Part shown: positions 8,693-18,034 of the stretch, piece after piece
Numbering within the stretch: the first letter of the stretch is position 1
Layout: the number at the start of each line of letters is the position of its first letter
Made by a program: the position numbers and the translations under genes
The notes under the pieces: generated by a model
Told to the model about the DNA's origin: nothing
Databases searched by the model: none
What the model saw: only the letters and a program-made list of their open reading frames with translations
Assembly: GCA_036270435.1 (NCBI GenBank)
Contig: DATBCP010000143.1
Coordinates: forward strand, 1-36,373
Direction of reading: 5' to 3'
DNA length: 36,373 bases
Source: Rhizomicrobium sp.
Lineage (GTDB): Bacteria; Pseudomonadota; Alphaproteobacteria; Micropepsales; Micropepsaceae

Positions 8693-11600
8693 TTAATTGT
8701 TGAAGCGCACGCCAATGCGGTACATGCGGCCAATCACGTCATACAGACGGTTGTTGGCGTTCTGCTCGCCAATATCCGGCGGACGGGTGTTGGCGATATT
8801 GTCGATCTTGCCATAGATCTGGGCCCGGTCGCTGACGTTCCAGTTCGCGCCAACATCCAGGTACATGATCGAATCCACCTTGTTGAAGTTGATGGTGGGG
8901 GTCTGGACCGTCGAAACCGGGCAGGTGCCGGGGGCGCAGACCAGGGCGTTGCGGTTGGTGAACACGCCGCCCGAATCCCAACGCTCCGTCAGGTCGAAGC
9001 CCCAGACATCGTTCTGATAGCTCTGGGTTTCCTGCAGCTTCCAGTTCAACACGTTGAAGTTGGTATTGTACTGGCTGCTGCCGCCGGCCCCGCCAGCGCC
9101 ACCCGCCTGCCCGCCCAAGCTGCCGGCGAGTTCCACATTCCGCTGAGTACCGGGAATACCAGAGTCAACGATGAACTTGCTGACATGGGTGACCAAGGAC
9201 CGCAGCACGAAGGTGCCGGGGACGTCATATTCCTGCAGATCGAACTGATAGCTCGACTCCAGGTCAAAGCCATCGGTTATCTGGCTGGCAAAGTTGAAGG
9301 CCTTGGAGGCGACCACCTGCAAAGAGTTGGGGTCGGTCACGCGGCCAGTGACACTCACCGACTGAGGCTGACCATTGGCGGTGGTGATGGCGTCCTGCTG
9401 ACAGAAGGTTGCCGCGCTCGCCAGGCCTTGAGTCTGGTTATAGAAGCACAGATCTTCAACCGTCTGCGGGCTCAGGGACACGATCGAGCCCTTTACGCCG
9501 ATCCGCCAATAGTCGATCGAGGTCTGGAAGCCGGGGAGGAAGTCCGGCTGCCACACAAAACCGACCTGCGTGGTCTGCGCCCTTTCCGGCTTCAACAATG
9601 TATTGCCTTCGTTCAACTGACGAACCTGCTGGTTGGTGCAGTTGGACTGGTTCGCAAACACGCAGAAGTCATTGGTGACGCCCCCGTTCAAGCCCGATGG
9701 CGGGAAGAACAGTTCCGACAGGTTGGGCGCGCGGATGTCGCGAGACTGGAGGGCGCGGAAGGTCACACCCGGAAGAGGTGTATTCCACACCAGACCGACC
9801 TTCCAGGTATTGGCGTCACCTGCCGTGCTGTACCGCGCGTGGCGGCCGGCCATGGTCAGGTCCGCCTTGCCCCAGAAGGAGTCATTCAGCAGCGGAACGC
9901 CCATTTCCAGGAACACTTCGTTCACATGGAACGTACCGGCACCATTGTGATAGTTGCCCGCGTTCCAGGCGCCGAAGGTGCCGGTGCAGTCGATGAACGG
10001 ATCGGTGCAGGGCTCATTGGCAGTCGCCGGCGTCGAAGCCGAGATGCCGGCCGAATAGGGGTCGGCACGCTGGCTGAAATGCTCCTCGCGATATTCATAA
10101 CCGGTTGCGATTGACACCGGACCGGCCCAATCATCGATCGGCGACCCGTTGAGGGCGAAGCTGAAAGCTTCCTGGCGCTGGGTCATGATCGCCGACGGTC
10201 CAACGGTGGTGCCGCCGGGGCCGTTCTGGCCGTCGAAATAGGCGATCTGGCCGGGCGTCAGGGCTTGGCCGCCGAAGGGGTTGAAGGGCACGCAGCCAAA
10301 GGACTGGGCAATGGTGTTGCGGCAGACGATCTGCCCGCTGGCATTGTACACCGCATCCTGCGCCAGATTGAACCGGCTGGTCGCGCCGCTGTTGCTGGTG
10401 CCGGACAGGGCTGGGGTACCGTTGGCATTGGGGTTAAACGCGGCGCCCGACAGCGGCATGTTGTAGATCTTGATGCTGGTATCGGTTTCGCCGTGGGTGA
10501 AATAGGAATCCCAGCGCCAGGTCTTGCCCAGGAAATCGAACGTACCGTCGCCGCCAACCGCATAGCGGCGCAAGGTGCGAGTCAGGAACATCAACTGGTC
10601 GGTGGGAATGTTGGCCCAGTCCGAACCGTAGGTGAAGGTCTGCGCGAACGGATTGGCAGCGCCGGCCGTACCCGCCAGCGCGATGCTCGCCGCGGTGGGA
10701 GGAACGGGAACCGTAGACGTTCCCGGCGACGCGGTGGGGCTTCTGTTGGTTTCGTTGGCCGTCGCGACTGCGGAACCGCAAGCGGCGGCAAAAGCACCCG
10801 ACGAGGCCCCGCTGACGCCGAACGCGGTGCCGCCGAAGGTCTGGTACAAATATGCGTTGTCGCAACGCATCGTCATGCCGTTCTTGGAAGAGTTGCCCTG
10901 GGCCGGGATATTCTCGGTACGGGCCAGGCCGTAGGTGAGGGTGGCATACACTTCCGTGCTCGGCGTCAGGTCATAGGACACGCGGGCATAGAGGCTGCCG
11001 CGGGTCAGCGGATCGTAAAGGCCCTGGGTGAACTGCTTGGAGTCATTCTGATCGCCAGGATGGGACGGGGTGCCTACGCAGCTGCTGCCGATAGCGCCGC
11101 CAAGCCCATTGGCGGCAGTCTTGAAGCAGTTGCCCGCAAGATCATAAGGCAAGGGCCGGCCATTGGAGTCGAACGTGGTGAAAGCCAGCGGACCCGATTG
11201 GATAAGGCCATAGGCCGCAGACTGGGTCGGCTGGGTGATGGCGACATAGTTGTAGCGCGGCATGCCGGCCGGCGCTGAACCGTTGCCGGTATCAGCGGAA
11301 TAGGACACGACGCCCGATTGGCGGGCCAGGGTGCGGCCGCCGATGTTGGGCTGGGCCGAGTGCTGCTGGGCCACCGGATAACGCGGCAACAGGCCGTCGT
11401 TATAGTTATACTCGCCAGCGATTTCGAAATGGCCGCGTCCACCGGCAAAGGCTGTACCCGCAGCTGCCTGGAGCACCACGTTGCCGGAGTCGCCATAGGT
11501 CGAGATACCGGCTGACCCATTCATCTTGAAGCCTTCGAACTTTTTCTCAGTAATGAAGTTGACCACGCCCGCGACAGCGTCCGAGCCCCAGGAGGCCGAA

Positions 11601-12049
11601 GCCCCGCCGGTCACCACGTCAACGCGCTGGATCAACATCTGCGGCATCTGGCTGACATCGACGACGCCGTTGAAGTTGCCCCCCACGACGCGCTCGCCGT
11701 CCATCAGGGTGAGCGTACGCAGAGGCGATAGGCCGCGCAGGCCCAGCGCCGAGATGCCGATCAGGCCCGTGGTGGTCGAACCATTGTTATAACCAACGCC
11801 GGTGGAGCCCTGCAGGGCCGGGAGCTGGGTGATGGCATCGAAGACGTTCGGCTTGGCCTGGGCCTGCAGGTCGGCCGCGCTGACCACCGTGGTTGGGGTA
11901 GGGGCGTCAAAACCGGCATTTTGCAGGCGAGTAGACGAGACAACGACCTGTTCGACACCTTCCTGTGCCAGAGCGGCTCCGGCGCTGAGTGCCAGAATGG
12001 CCGCGCCACCGGCAAGGCGCACGCGTGTCTTGGTCAAACCATAATGCAT
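8693..12049 (-). CDS. TonB-dependent outer-membrane receptor (1118 aa)
   Basis: Signal peptide ending ALA, TonB box EQVVVSS, plug motifs LRGL...RTLTLMDGER and RVDVVTGGASASWGSDAVAGVVNFI, RAPNLSEL, C-terminal beta strand GRMYRIGVRF. Start placed at ATG 12049 (AGGGGA SD). Confidence 0.93.
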   Translation of the reverse strand: MHYGLTKTRVRLAGGAAILALSAGAALAQEGVEQVVVSSTRLQNAGFDAPTPTTVVSAADLQAQAKPNVFDAITQLPALQGSTGVGYNNGSTTTGLIGISALGLRGLSPLRTLTLMDGERVVGGNFNGVVDVSQMPQMLIQRVDVVTGGASASWGSDAVAGVVNFITEKKFEGFKMNGSAGISTYGDSGNVVLQAAAGTAFAGGRGHFEIAGEYNYNDGLLPRYPVAQQHSAQPNIGGRTLARQSGVVSYSADTGNGSAPAGMPRYNYVAITQPTQSAAYGLIQSGPLAFTTFDSNGRPLPYDLAGNCFKTAANGLGGAIGSSCVGTPSHPGDQNDSKQFTQGLYDPLTRGSLYARVSYDLTPSTEVYATLTYGLARTENIPAQGNSSKNGMTMRCDNAYLYQTFGGTAFGVSGASSGAFAAACGSAVATANETNRSPTASPGTSTVPVPPTAASIALAGTAGAANPFAQTFTYGSDWANIPTDQLMFLTRTLRRYAVGGDGTFDFLGKTWRWDSYFTHGETDTSIKIYNMPLSGAAFNPNANGTPALSGTSNSGATSRFNLAQDAVYNASGQIVCRNTIAQSFGCVPFNPFGGQALTPGQIAYFDGQNGPGGTTVGPSAIMTQRQEAFSFALNGSPIDDWAGPVSIATGYEYREEHFSQRADPYSAGISASTPATANEPCTDPFIDCTGTFGAWNAGNYHNGAGTFHVNEVFLEMGVPLLNDSFWGKADLTMAGRHARYSTAGDANTWKVGLVWNTPLPGVTFRALQSRDIRAPNLSELFFPPSGLNGGVTNDFCVFANQSNCTNQQVRQLNEGNTLLKPERAQTTQVGFVWQPDFLPGFQTSIDYWRIGVKGSIVSLSPQTVEDLCFYNQTQGLASAATFCQQDAITTANGQPQSVSVTGRVTDPNSLQVVASKAFNFASQITDGFDLESSYQFDLQEYDVPGTFVLRSLVTHVSKFIVDSGIPGTQRNVELAGSLGGQAGGAGGAGGSSQYNTNFNVLNWKLQETQSYQNDVWGFDLTERWDSGGVFTNRNALVCAPGTCPVSTVQTPTINFNKVDSIMYLDVGANWNVSDRAQIYGKIDNIANTRPPDIGEQNANNRLYDVIGRMYRIGVRFNN

Positions 12050-12447
12050 ATCTAATGATCCCCTGGGCGGTTGTTCTAACGGCGAAATGCCAAAGCTCGG
12101 GGGGGATAGCAGAGGGGTGAGTCTCTTATCGAGAAAATTATGGCCACGCGCTGCGTCTTCGTCGCTGAAAGTCACATAATTGCAACGCTTTTTTCTGCGT
12201 CGCAGCATTTCATAAATAAGCCGCAGAAACATTTGCTTGCCGGCAATATTGGCTCCACTTTATTGCCATGCACGTTTCCGTGAGATATGCGTTAGCGAGG
12301 GTTGGACCTCGCCGTTGGCGGCATGGCGCGAGAGCAGGTCAACCCTTCGAATCAAGCGCGCAATCCACCTCGCACCCTCTCCCGTCCTAGCGGGGGAAAT
12401 GCTCAAACCCGCTTGCAGGCCAAACCGCCTTGCTGTCTAGAACAGCC

Positions 12448-14709
12448 ATGGATCCACGGGCCCTCCTCAGCCAGGCAATCGCGTTCCACCAGACCGGCAG
12501 GCTGGCCGATGCCGAACGGCTGTATCGGCAATTGATGGCGGTGAATCCGGGCGAAGCGGCGGCCCCTCATATGCTGGGGGTGGTACGGGCCCAACAGGGA
12601 CGCAACAGCGAAGCGCTGGAATTGATGGGGACCGCGCTGGCGCTCAAACCCGAGGCGCCGGAAATCCTGTCCAATTACGGCAACGTGCTGAAGGCCCAGG
12701 GGCGATTCCAAGAAGCGCTGGCAAGCTATGACAAGGCCCTGAGCATCAAGCCGGACTATCCCGCCACCTGGAACAAGCGCGCGCTGGTGTTGCGTGATTT
12801 GGGACGTCTTGCGGAAGCGCTGGAAAGTGCCGGCAAAGCCCTGTCGATCCAGGCCAACCCTATCGAGGCGCTGAATACCTACGGCATCGTGCTGGCGGAT
12901 CTCGGCCGGCCGCAAGAGGCATTGGCGCATTATGACAGGGCTTTGACGCTGGCGCCCGCCTTTCCCGACGCGCTCAACAACCGCGCCCTGACGCTGAGAA
13001 ACCTCAAGCAGCTCGAGGACGCCCTGGCCAGCGTCGAGCAGGCCTTGACATCGCAGGGCGATTTTGCCGAAGCCTGGAACAATCGCGGCGTCATCCTGTT
13101 CGATTTGAAGCGCATGGGCGAGGCGCTGCAGAGCTATGACCAGGCGCTGGTACTGAGACCCGGCTATGCGGATGCCTATAACAACCGCGCCGCGGCGCTT
13201 TTCGGCCTCAGGCGTTTCCCGGAGTCCCTGGCGGATTGCGACCGCGCCCTGGCGCTCCAGGGGCGCTTTGCCGATGCACTTTATAACAGGGGCAACGCGC
13301 TGTCCGAGTTGAACCGGCCGCAAGAGGCACTCTCAAGTTACGAACAGGCGCTGGCGATCGATCCCGACCATCCCAATGCCCTGAGCGGTTTGGCCAATGC
13401 CGCCATGACGATCGGCGATTGGACGCGCACGGCGCACCTCGCCGAGCAGTTGAAAGCCGATGTGCTCGAGAACAAATCCCACATCCAGCCTTTCGTGCTG
13501 ATGGGTTATGTGGACGATAACGAACTTCAGCTGCGCTGCTCGCAAAACTATGTGCGACAGTCCGGACCCGGCGCGCTTGCGCCCTGGTGGCAAGGCGAGG
13601 CGTATGGTCACGACAAAATCCGCCTCGCTTATCTTTCCGCCGATTTTCATGAGCATGTCACCGCCGGCCTCTTGGCGGAGATGTTCGAGCGGCACGACCG
13701 GGAACGCTTTGAAATCACCGCCGTATCTTTCGGTCCCGATGACGCAAGTGCGATGCGGGCAAGGCTTATCCAGGCTTTTGACCGCTTCCACGATGCCCGC
13801 CAGCAAAGCGATCGCGACGTGGCGGCGTTGCTGCGCGCGTGGGAAATCGACATCGCCATCGACCTGGGCAGCTATACCAGCGGCGCACGGCCCTGGGTGC
13901 TGGCCCATCGACCTGCCCCGGTGCAGGCAAAGTATATGGGCTATCCCGGCACTTCGGGCAGCGATTTCATCGATTATCTCATCGCCGATCGCATGGCGGT
14001 ACCGGAAGACCAGCAGCGTTTTTTCAGCGAAAAGATCATCGCCCTGCCGGACACGCTGTGGGTCACCGATACCAGGCGCACCCTGACCCAGGCTCCCAGC
14101 CGTGGTGAAGTCGGCCTGCCCGAACAAGGATTTGTCTTTTGCTGCTTCAACCACAATTGGAAGATCACGCCGCCGGTTTTCGACATCTGGATGCGGCTGT
14201 TGGGGAAGGTGGAAGGGAGCACGCTGTGGCTGCTGGAAGGCAATGCCACCATCCGGGGCAATCTGTGCCGCGAAGCCGAGGCACGTGGCATTGATGAAAG
14301 CCGGCTGGTCTTTGCCGGCCGCACCTCATCCGAAAAGCATCTGGCGCGCCACCAACTGGCGGACTTGTTCCTGGATACCCTGCCCTACAATGCGCACACC
14401 ACCGCCAGCGATGCCTTGTGGGCGGGATTGCCGGTGATCACCACGCCGGGCCGCTCCTTTCCCGCCCGCGTTGCCGCCAGTATCCTGAAGGCTGCCGGCC
14501 TGTCCGAATTGATCGCGCGGGATCTTGAACAGTATGAAGCCCTGGCGCTGACGTTGGCGCGCAATCCTGCGGCTCTGGCGGTGATCCGCAAAAAATTGCT
14601 GGCATCCAAGGACAGCATGGCGCTTTTCGACACGGCCCGCTTCACCCGCAATCTGGAGGCGGCCTTTGTCACCATGCTGGGTGGCCAAGCTGGACGAGCT
14701 TACGGGTAG
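12448..14709 (+). CDS. TPR-repeat O-GlcNAc transferase/SPINDLY-like glycosyltransferase (GT41)
   Basis: About 9 TPRs, then IRLAYLSADFHEH, RPAPVQ..YMGYPGTSG, FCCFNHNWKI, DLFLDTLPYNAHTTASDALWAGLPV. Confidence 0.92.
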   Translation: MDPRALLSQAIAFHQTGRLADAERLYRQLMAVNPGEAAAPHMLGVVRAQQGRNSEALELMGTALALKPEAPEILSNYGNVLKAQGRFQEALASYDKALSIKPDYPATWNKRALVLRDLGRLAEALESAGKALSIQANPIEALNTYGIVLADLGRPQEALAHYDRALTLAPAFPDALNNRALTLRNLKQLEDALASVEQALTSQGDFAEAWNNRGVILFDLKRMGEALQSYDQALVLRPGYADAYNNRAAALFGLRRFPESLADCDRALALQGRFADALYNRGNALSELNRPQEALSSYEQALAIDPDHPNALSGLANAAMTIGDWTRTAHLAEQLKADVLENKSHIQPFVLMGYVDDNELQLRCSQNYVRQSGPGALAPWWQGEAYGHDKIRLAYLSADFHEHVTAGLLAEMFERHDRERFEITAVSFGPDDASAMRARLIQAFDRFHDARQQSDRDVAALLRAWEIDIAIDLGSYTSGARPWVLAHRPAPVQAKYMGYPGTSGSDFIDYLIADRMAVPEDQQRFFSEKIIALPDTLWVTDTRRTLTQAPSRGEVGLPEQGFVFCCFNHNWKITPPVFDIWMRLLGKVEGSTLWLLEGNATIRGNLCREAEARGIDESRLVFAGRTSSEKHLARHQLADLFLDTLPYNAHTTASDALWAGLPVITTPGRSFPARVAASILKAAGLSELIARDLEQYEALALTLARNPAALAVIRKKLLASKDSMALFDTARFTRNLEAAFVTMLGGQAGRAYG

Positions 14710-14712
14710 GGC

Positions 14713-15462
14713 ATGAGCGGCTCCTTCTCGCCCATCCACCTCTCTGTCGCGGCGCCCGCTTATAATGAGGCAGCGGGCATCGAAACCGTTATCGCCAACT
14801 GGCAAGGATTTCTTTCGGTGCAGCCGGATCTCTCCTCCTACGAGATCGTGATTTGCGATGACGGCAGCACCGACGGCACCGGCGATATCCTGGACCGCCT
14901 GACACTGTCCTGCCCACAGCTGCGCCCGCTGCACTTTGCCAAGAACCAGGGCGCGGCCGCCGCGTTGAACGCCGCCATTGCCGCCACCAAAGGCGAATGG
15001 GTGCTGTTGATCGACAGCGACGGCCAATTCGCCATCGAAAACCTGCCCGACATGCTGGGGGCGGTACGCCGCTCGGGTGCCAAGGCCGCCATCGGTATTC
15101 GCCGGAAAAAGGATTCGGCTTTTGCCCAGTTCGGCAGCCGGGCCAGTGGGCTGGTGTGCAATTTGGTCCATGGCAGCCGGATGCGGGATTTCAATTCCGC
15201 CTTTAAGCTGGTGTGGGGGCCGACCCTGCGCGGCCTGGGGCTGGAAGCCAAGGGTATGAACTATTCCACTGAGGTGACATCGCGGCTGTTGGAGCGCGGC
15301 ATCGTGCCGGTCGAGGTCGCGATCGAGCACCGTCCCCGCATGGCCGGAACCAGCCACATGAAGCTTCTGCGCGGCGCGCTGCATCGCTTCTTGTTCGTCT
15401 GCTACGTCGCCTTGCGCCAATTGCTGCTGCGGCTGGGCATTCTTACGCGGCGCTCAGCATGA
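14713..15462 (+). CDS. Glycosyltransferase family 2 (DPM1/polyprenyl-phosphate GT-like)
   Basis: PAYNE, DDGSTDGT, NQG, DSDGQ (DxD), DFNSAFKL, EVAIEHRPR..GTS, hydrophobic/basic C-terminus. Confidence 0.9.
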   Translation: MSGSFSPIHLSVAAPAYNEAAGIETVIANWQGFLSVQPDLSSYEIVICDDGSTDGTGDILDRLTLSCPQLRPLHFAKNQGAAAALNAAIAATKGEWVLLIDSDGQFAIENLPDMLGAVRRSGAKAAIGIRRKKDSAFAQFGSRASGLVCNLVHGSRMRDFNSAFKLVWGPTLRGLGLEAKGMNYSTEVTSRLLERGIVPVEVAIEHRPRMAGTSHMKLLRGALHRFLFVCYVALRQLLLRLGILTRRSA

Positions 15463-17306
15463 GCACCGCAGTCCGTATCGCCCTGTTCTGCGGGGGCCGG
15501 GGCAGCGCCACCATCATCCGCGCCCTGTTGCGCCGCAACGATGTGGACTTGACTCTCCTGGTTAATGCTTATGACGACGGCCTGTCGACCGGAAACCTGC
15601 GCAATTTCATTCCCGGCATGCTGGGACCATCGGACTTCCGCAAGAATCTTTCTTATCTGTTCGGCAATTACTCCCAGTCGCAATATGCGCTGAAAAGCCT
15701 GATGGAATACCGCCTGCCGGGCGAGACGGAAGACCTGCGGCGCTTTGCCGAAGCTGGCGATCTTTCCGCTTTCCAAGAGCCGGTGAAAAACTGGTTCACC
15801 CAATTGGTGCCACAGACTTCGAACCGGATGCGCGCCCTGCTGGCGCGTTTCTGCGCCCATGCGGCGGGGCGCGACTTCGACTATCGCGATTGTTCGCTGG
15901 GCAATCTGGTCTTTGCCGGTGCCTATCTGGAGAAGGATAACGACTTCAATGCCGCGGCCGCCGCGGTGGCGGAGCTGGTCGGCACCAGGGCCCGGTTGCT
16001 GAATGTCGGCGAACAGCAGAACCGCGTTCTGGTGGGACTGAAGCAGGACGGCACTTTGCTGGCCAGCGAAGCGGCGATCGTGGGTGCGCAATCGGCTAGC
16101 CCCATCACCGCACTCTATTTGCTGGAACAACCCTTGACCGCCGGGGAAGTGACGGATCTGGCGGCCGTGGATCGCGCGGCCAGGGAAAGCTTCCTGGCGG
16201 CGCGCGATGCCGTGCCCCAATTGTCCAAGGCCGCCGCGGAGGCGCTGGCGGGTGCCGACATTATTCTTTACGGCCCCGGCACCCAGCATTCCTCGCTGTT
16301 TCCCAGCTATCGCATCGCCCGCGCCGCCCTTGCCGCAAGTCCGGCCCTGGTCAAGGCCTTGGTGATGAATCTGGAAAGCGATCACGACATCCAGGGGCTG
16401 GCGGCGAGCGATATCGCAGAATGCGCGCGCACCTATGGCGCGCCTGTGACTCACATTCTCCTGCAGGAAGGCACGGCCCTTGCGCCCGGACTCTTGACCG
16501 GTGAAAGCTGGCGCGACGCAACGGTGGTGCGCGGGTCATTTTCCACGCCCATACGGCCGCATGTCCATAATGGCAATGCGGTGGCCCAATGCGTGCTGGG
16601 GCTGTTGGCACAGCGCAGGAGCGCCAGTATAGGAATTAGCGTGGAGATCTTCGCCGATATCCTGGGTCGGTCCGTCGCCAGCGAGGAGCTGGTCGAGGAA
16701 TTCCTGGAAAGCGACTGGGGCGAGGCCAGCGCCCATCTCACGCTCAATCGCGTGGCGGTACAGCAAGCTCCCATAACCGTTTCCAACTTTTCCGGGCTTT
16801 TTCCGGAAAGCGCCTATTTTCGTGCCTGGCTCGGGAGCGGAACATCCGATTATCTGGTGCTGATGACCGGCGATGGCGCCTATCGCTTTGCCGATGTGCA
16901 GGCCATTCTGCATCTGCTGGAACAGCAACAGTCGCTTGGCGGCGTGTTCGGCTCGCGCACCCAGAGCCGGCGGCAATTCATCACCTCCATCCGCGCCGCC
17001 TATGGCGAGAATCGGTTGCTTTATGGGCTGGGCAAGATGGCAGCCTTCTTCCTCAGCACGCTCTTCTATTTGCGCACCGGGGTGATCTTTTCCGATCCCT
17101 TGACGGGTTTGCGTGTGTTCCGCCGGGAAGCACTGGTGGGGTTGCCCGAAATCACAGGCGACGCGCCGCTCGCATTGGTCCGCCAGCTGATCCACAAGGG
17201 CATTGAAGTGGCGGAACTGCCGGTGCTCTATCGCACTTTCTCAGGCTTCACCGATCCGAACTGGCGCATGCGGCGCGGATTGCGCAATCTGGCCGCGCTG
17301 TTCTGA
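15459..17306 (+). CDS. YvcK/GlmR-CofD family domain fused to a degenerate GT2-like C-terminal domain (615 aa)
   Basis: N-terminal GGRGS, NAYDDGLSTGNLR, GPSDFRK, SLGNL, ADIILYGPGTQHSSLFP. C-terminal DYLVLMTGDGAY, VFGSR, SDPLTGLRVFRREAL, ELPVLYR. Confidence 0.8.
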   Translation: MSTAVRIALFCGGRGSATIIRALLRRNDVDLTLLVNAYDDGLSTGNLRNFIPGMLGPSDFRKNLSYLFGNYSQSQYALKSLMEYRLPGETEDLRRFAEAGDLSAFQEPVKNWFTQLVPQTSNRMRALLARFCAHAAGRDFDYRDCSLGNLVFAGAYLEKDNDFNAAAAAVAELVGTRARLLNVGEQQNRVLVGLKQDGTLLASEAAIVGAQSASPITALYLLEQPLTAGEVTDLAAVDRAARESFLAARDAVPQLSKAAAEALAGADIILYGPGTQHSSLFPSYRIARAALAASPALVKALVMNLESDHDIQGLAASDIAECARTYGAPVTHILLQEGTALAPGLLTGESWRDATVVRGSFSTPIRPHVHNGNAVAQCVLGLLAQRRSASIGISVEIFADILGRSVASEELVEEFLESDWGEASAHLTLNRVAVQQAPITVSNFSGLFPESAYFRAWLGSGTSDYLVLMTGDGAYRFADVQAILHLLEQQQSLGGVFGSRTQSRRQFITSIRAAYGENRLLYGLGKMAAFFLSTLFYLRTGVIFSDPLTGLRVFRREALVGLPEITGDAPLALVRQLIHKGIEVAELPVLYRTFSGFTDPNWRMRRGLRNLAALF

Positions 17307-18034
17307 TGCGGATTTGCGCCGTCATACCGGCCGCGGGCCGAGGAAGCCGGTTGGGCATTGCCCAGCCCAAAATTCTTGCGCCGCTGAACGCACGGGACAC
17401 CGTCTGGTCCGTCCTGCATGCCAAGCTCGCCCCGCTGGTGGAACACATCCATCTGGTGCTGTCGCCGGAAGGCGCAGCGGATTTTCCGGCGCTGCCGGCA
17501 GGCGTCACGCGCAGTATCCAGCCTGAGCCAACCGGCATGGGCGATGCGATCTTCGCGGCGCGCCCGTTCTGGAAGAATTTCGACGCTATCCTGGTTGTGT
17601 GGGGCGATCAGGTGTTCGTCTCGGGAGATACGCTGCGCCGTACTTTGGCTGCGTTGATCTCGCGGGAACACCAGGCGGTACTGCCCGTCACGCGCATGGC
17701 CGCTCCCTATGTCGAATATGTCTTTGGCGGCAAAAGGCTGACCAAGGTCCTGCAAAGCCGGGAAGGCGACCAGACCACGCCCAACGGCTTTTCGGATGTG
17801 GGGACGTTCCTGCTCGCCACCCAGGGCCTGGCGGCCGCCTGGAATGATTATTTGTCGAAAAGCGCACGTGGCGACCGGACGGGCGAGATCAACTTCCTGC
17901 CCTTTCTGCCCTTTCTGTCGGCGCGGGGCTGGACGACGACGCCATTGGAGGTTGCCGATCCGACGGAAGCCCGCGGCATCAACACGCCGGAGGATCTTTC
18001 CTTTTTCCGGGAGCGGTATAAGGACGCCCCATGA
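17306..18034 (+). CDS. Sugar-1-phosphate nucleotidyltransferase (stand-alone GlmU N-terminal-like domain)
   Basis: PAAGRGSRL...PK, QPEPTGMGDA, VVWGD, GEIN, GINTPEDL. No hexapeptide acetyltransferase domain. TGATG overlap. Confidence 0.85.
   Translation: MRICAVIPAAGRGSRLGIAQPKILAPLNARDTVWSVLHAKLAPLVEHIHLVLSPEGAADFPALPAGVTRSIQPEPTGMGDAIFAARPFWKNFDAILVVWGDQVFVSGDTLRRTLAALISREHQAVLPVTRMAAPYVEYVFGGKRLTKVLQSREGDQTTPNGFSDVGTFLLATQGLAAAWNDYLSKSARGDRTGEINFLPFLPFLSARGWTTTPLEVADPTEARGINTPEDLSFFRERYKDAP

Noticed and set aside
12050-12232. 61-aa N-terminal extension of the TonB receptor ORF
   Set aside because: It runs through AT-rich promoter-like DNA. The signal peptide and SD fit the ATG at 12049.
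12237-12440. Possible small ORFs or ncRNA in the TonB/OGT divergent region, including a degenerate CCCTCTCCCG...CGGGGGA hairpin
   Set aside because: No SD, coding bias or recognisable RNA family; the hairpin is too degenerate to call.
12448-13400. Roughly 102-bp periodic similarity in the TPR regions as a possible DNA repeat array
   Set aside because: Explained by 34-aa TPR units in coding sequence; there are no identical repeats with unique spacers, so it is not CRISPR.
15459-18034. F420 biosynthesis (cofD/cofC) call
   Set aside because: The motifs are closer to YvcK/GlmR and GlmU-N, the context is all sugar enzymes, and no cofE or fbiC/cofGH is present in the window.
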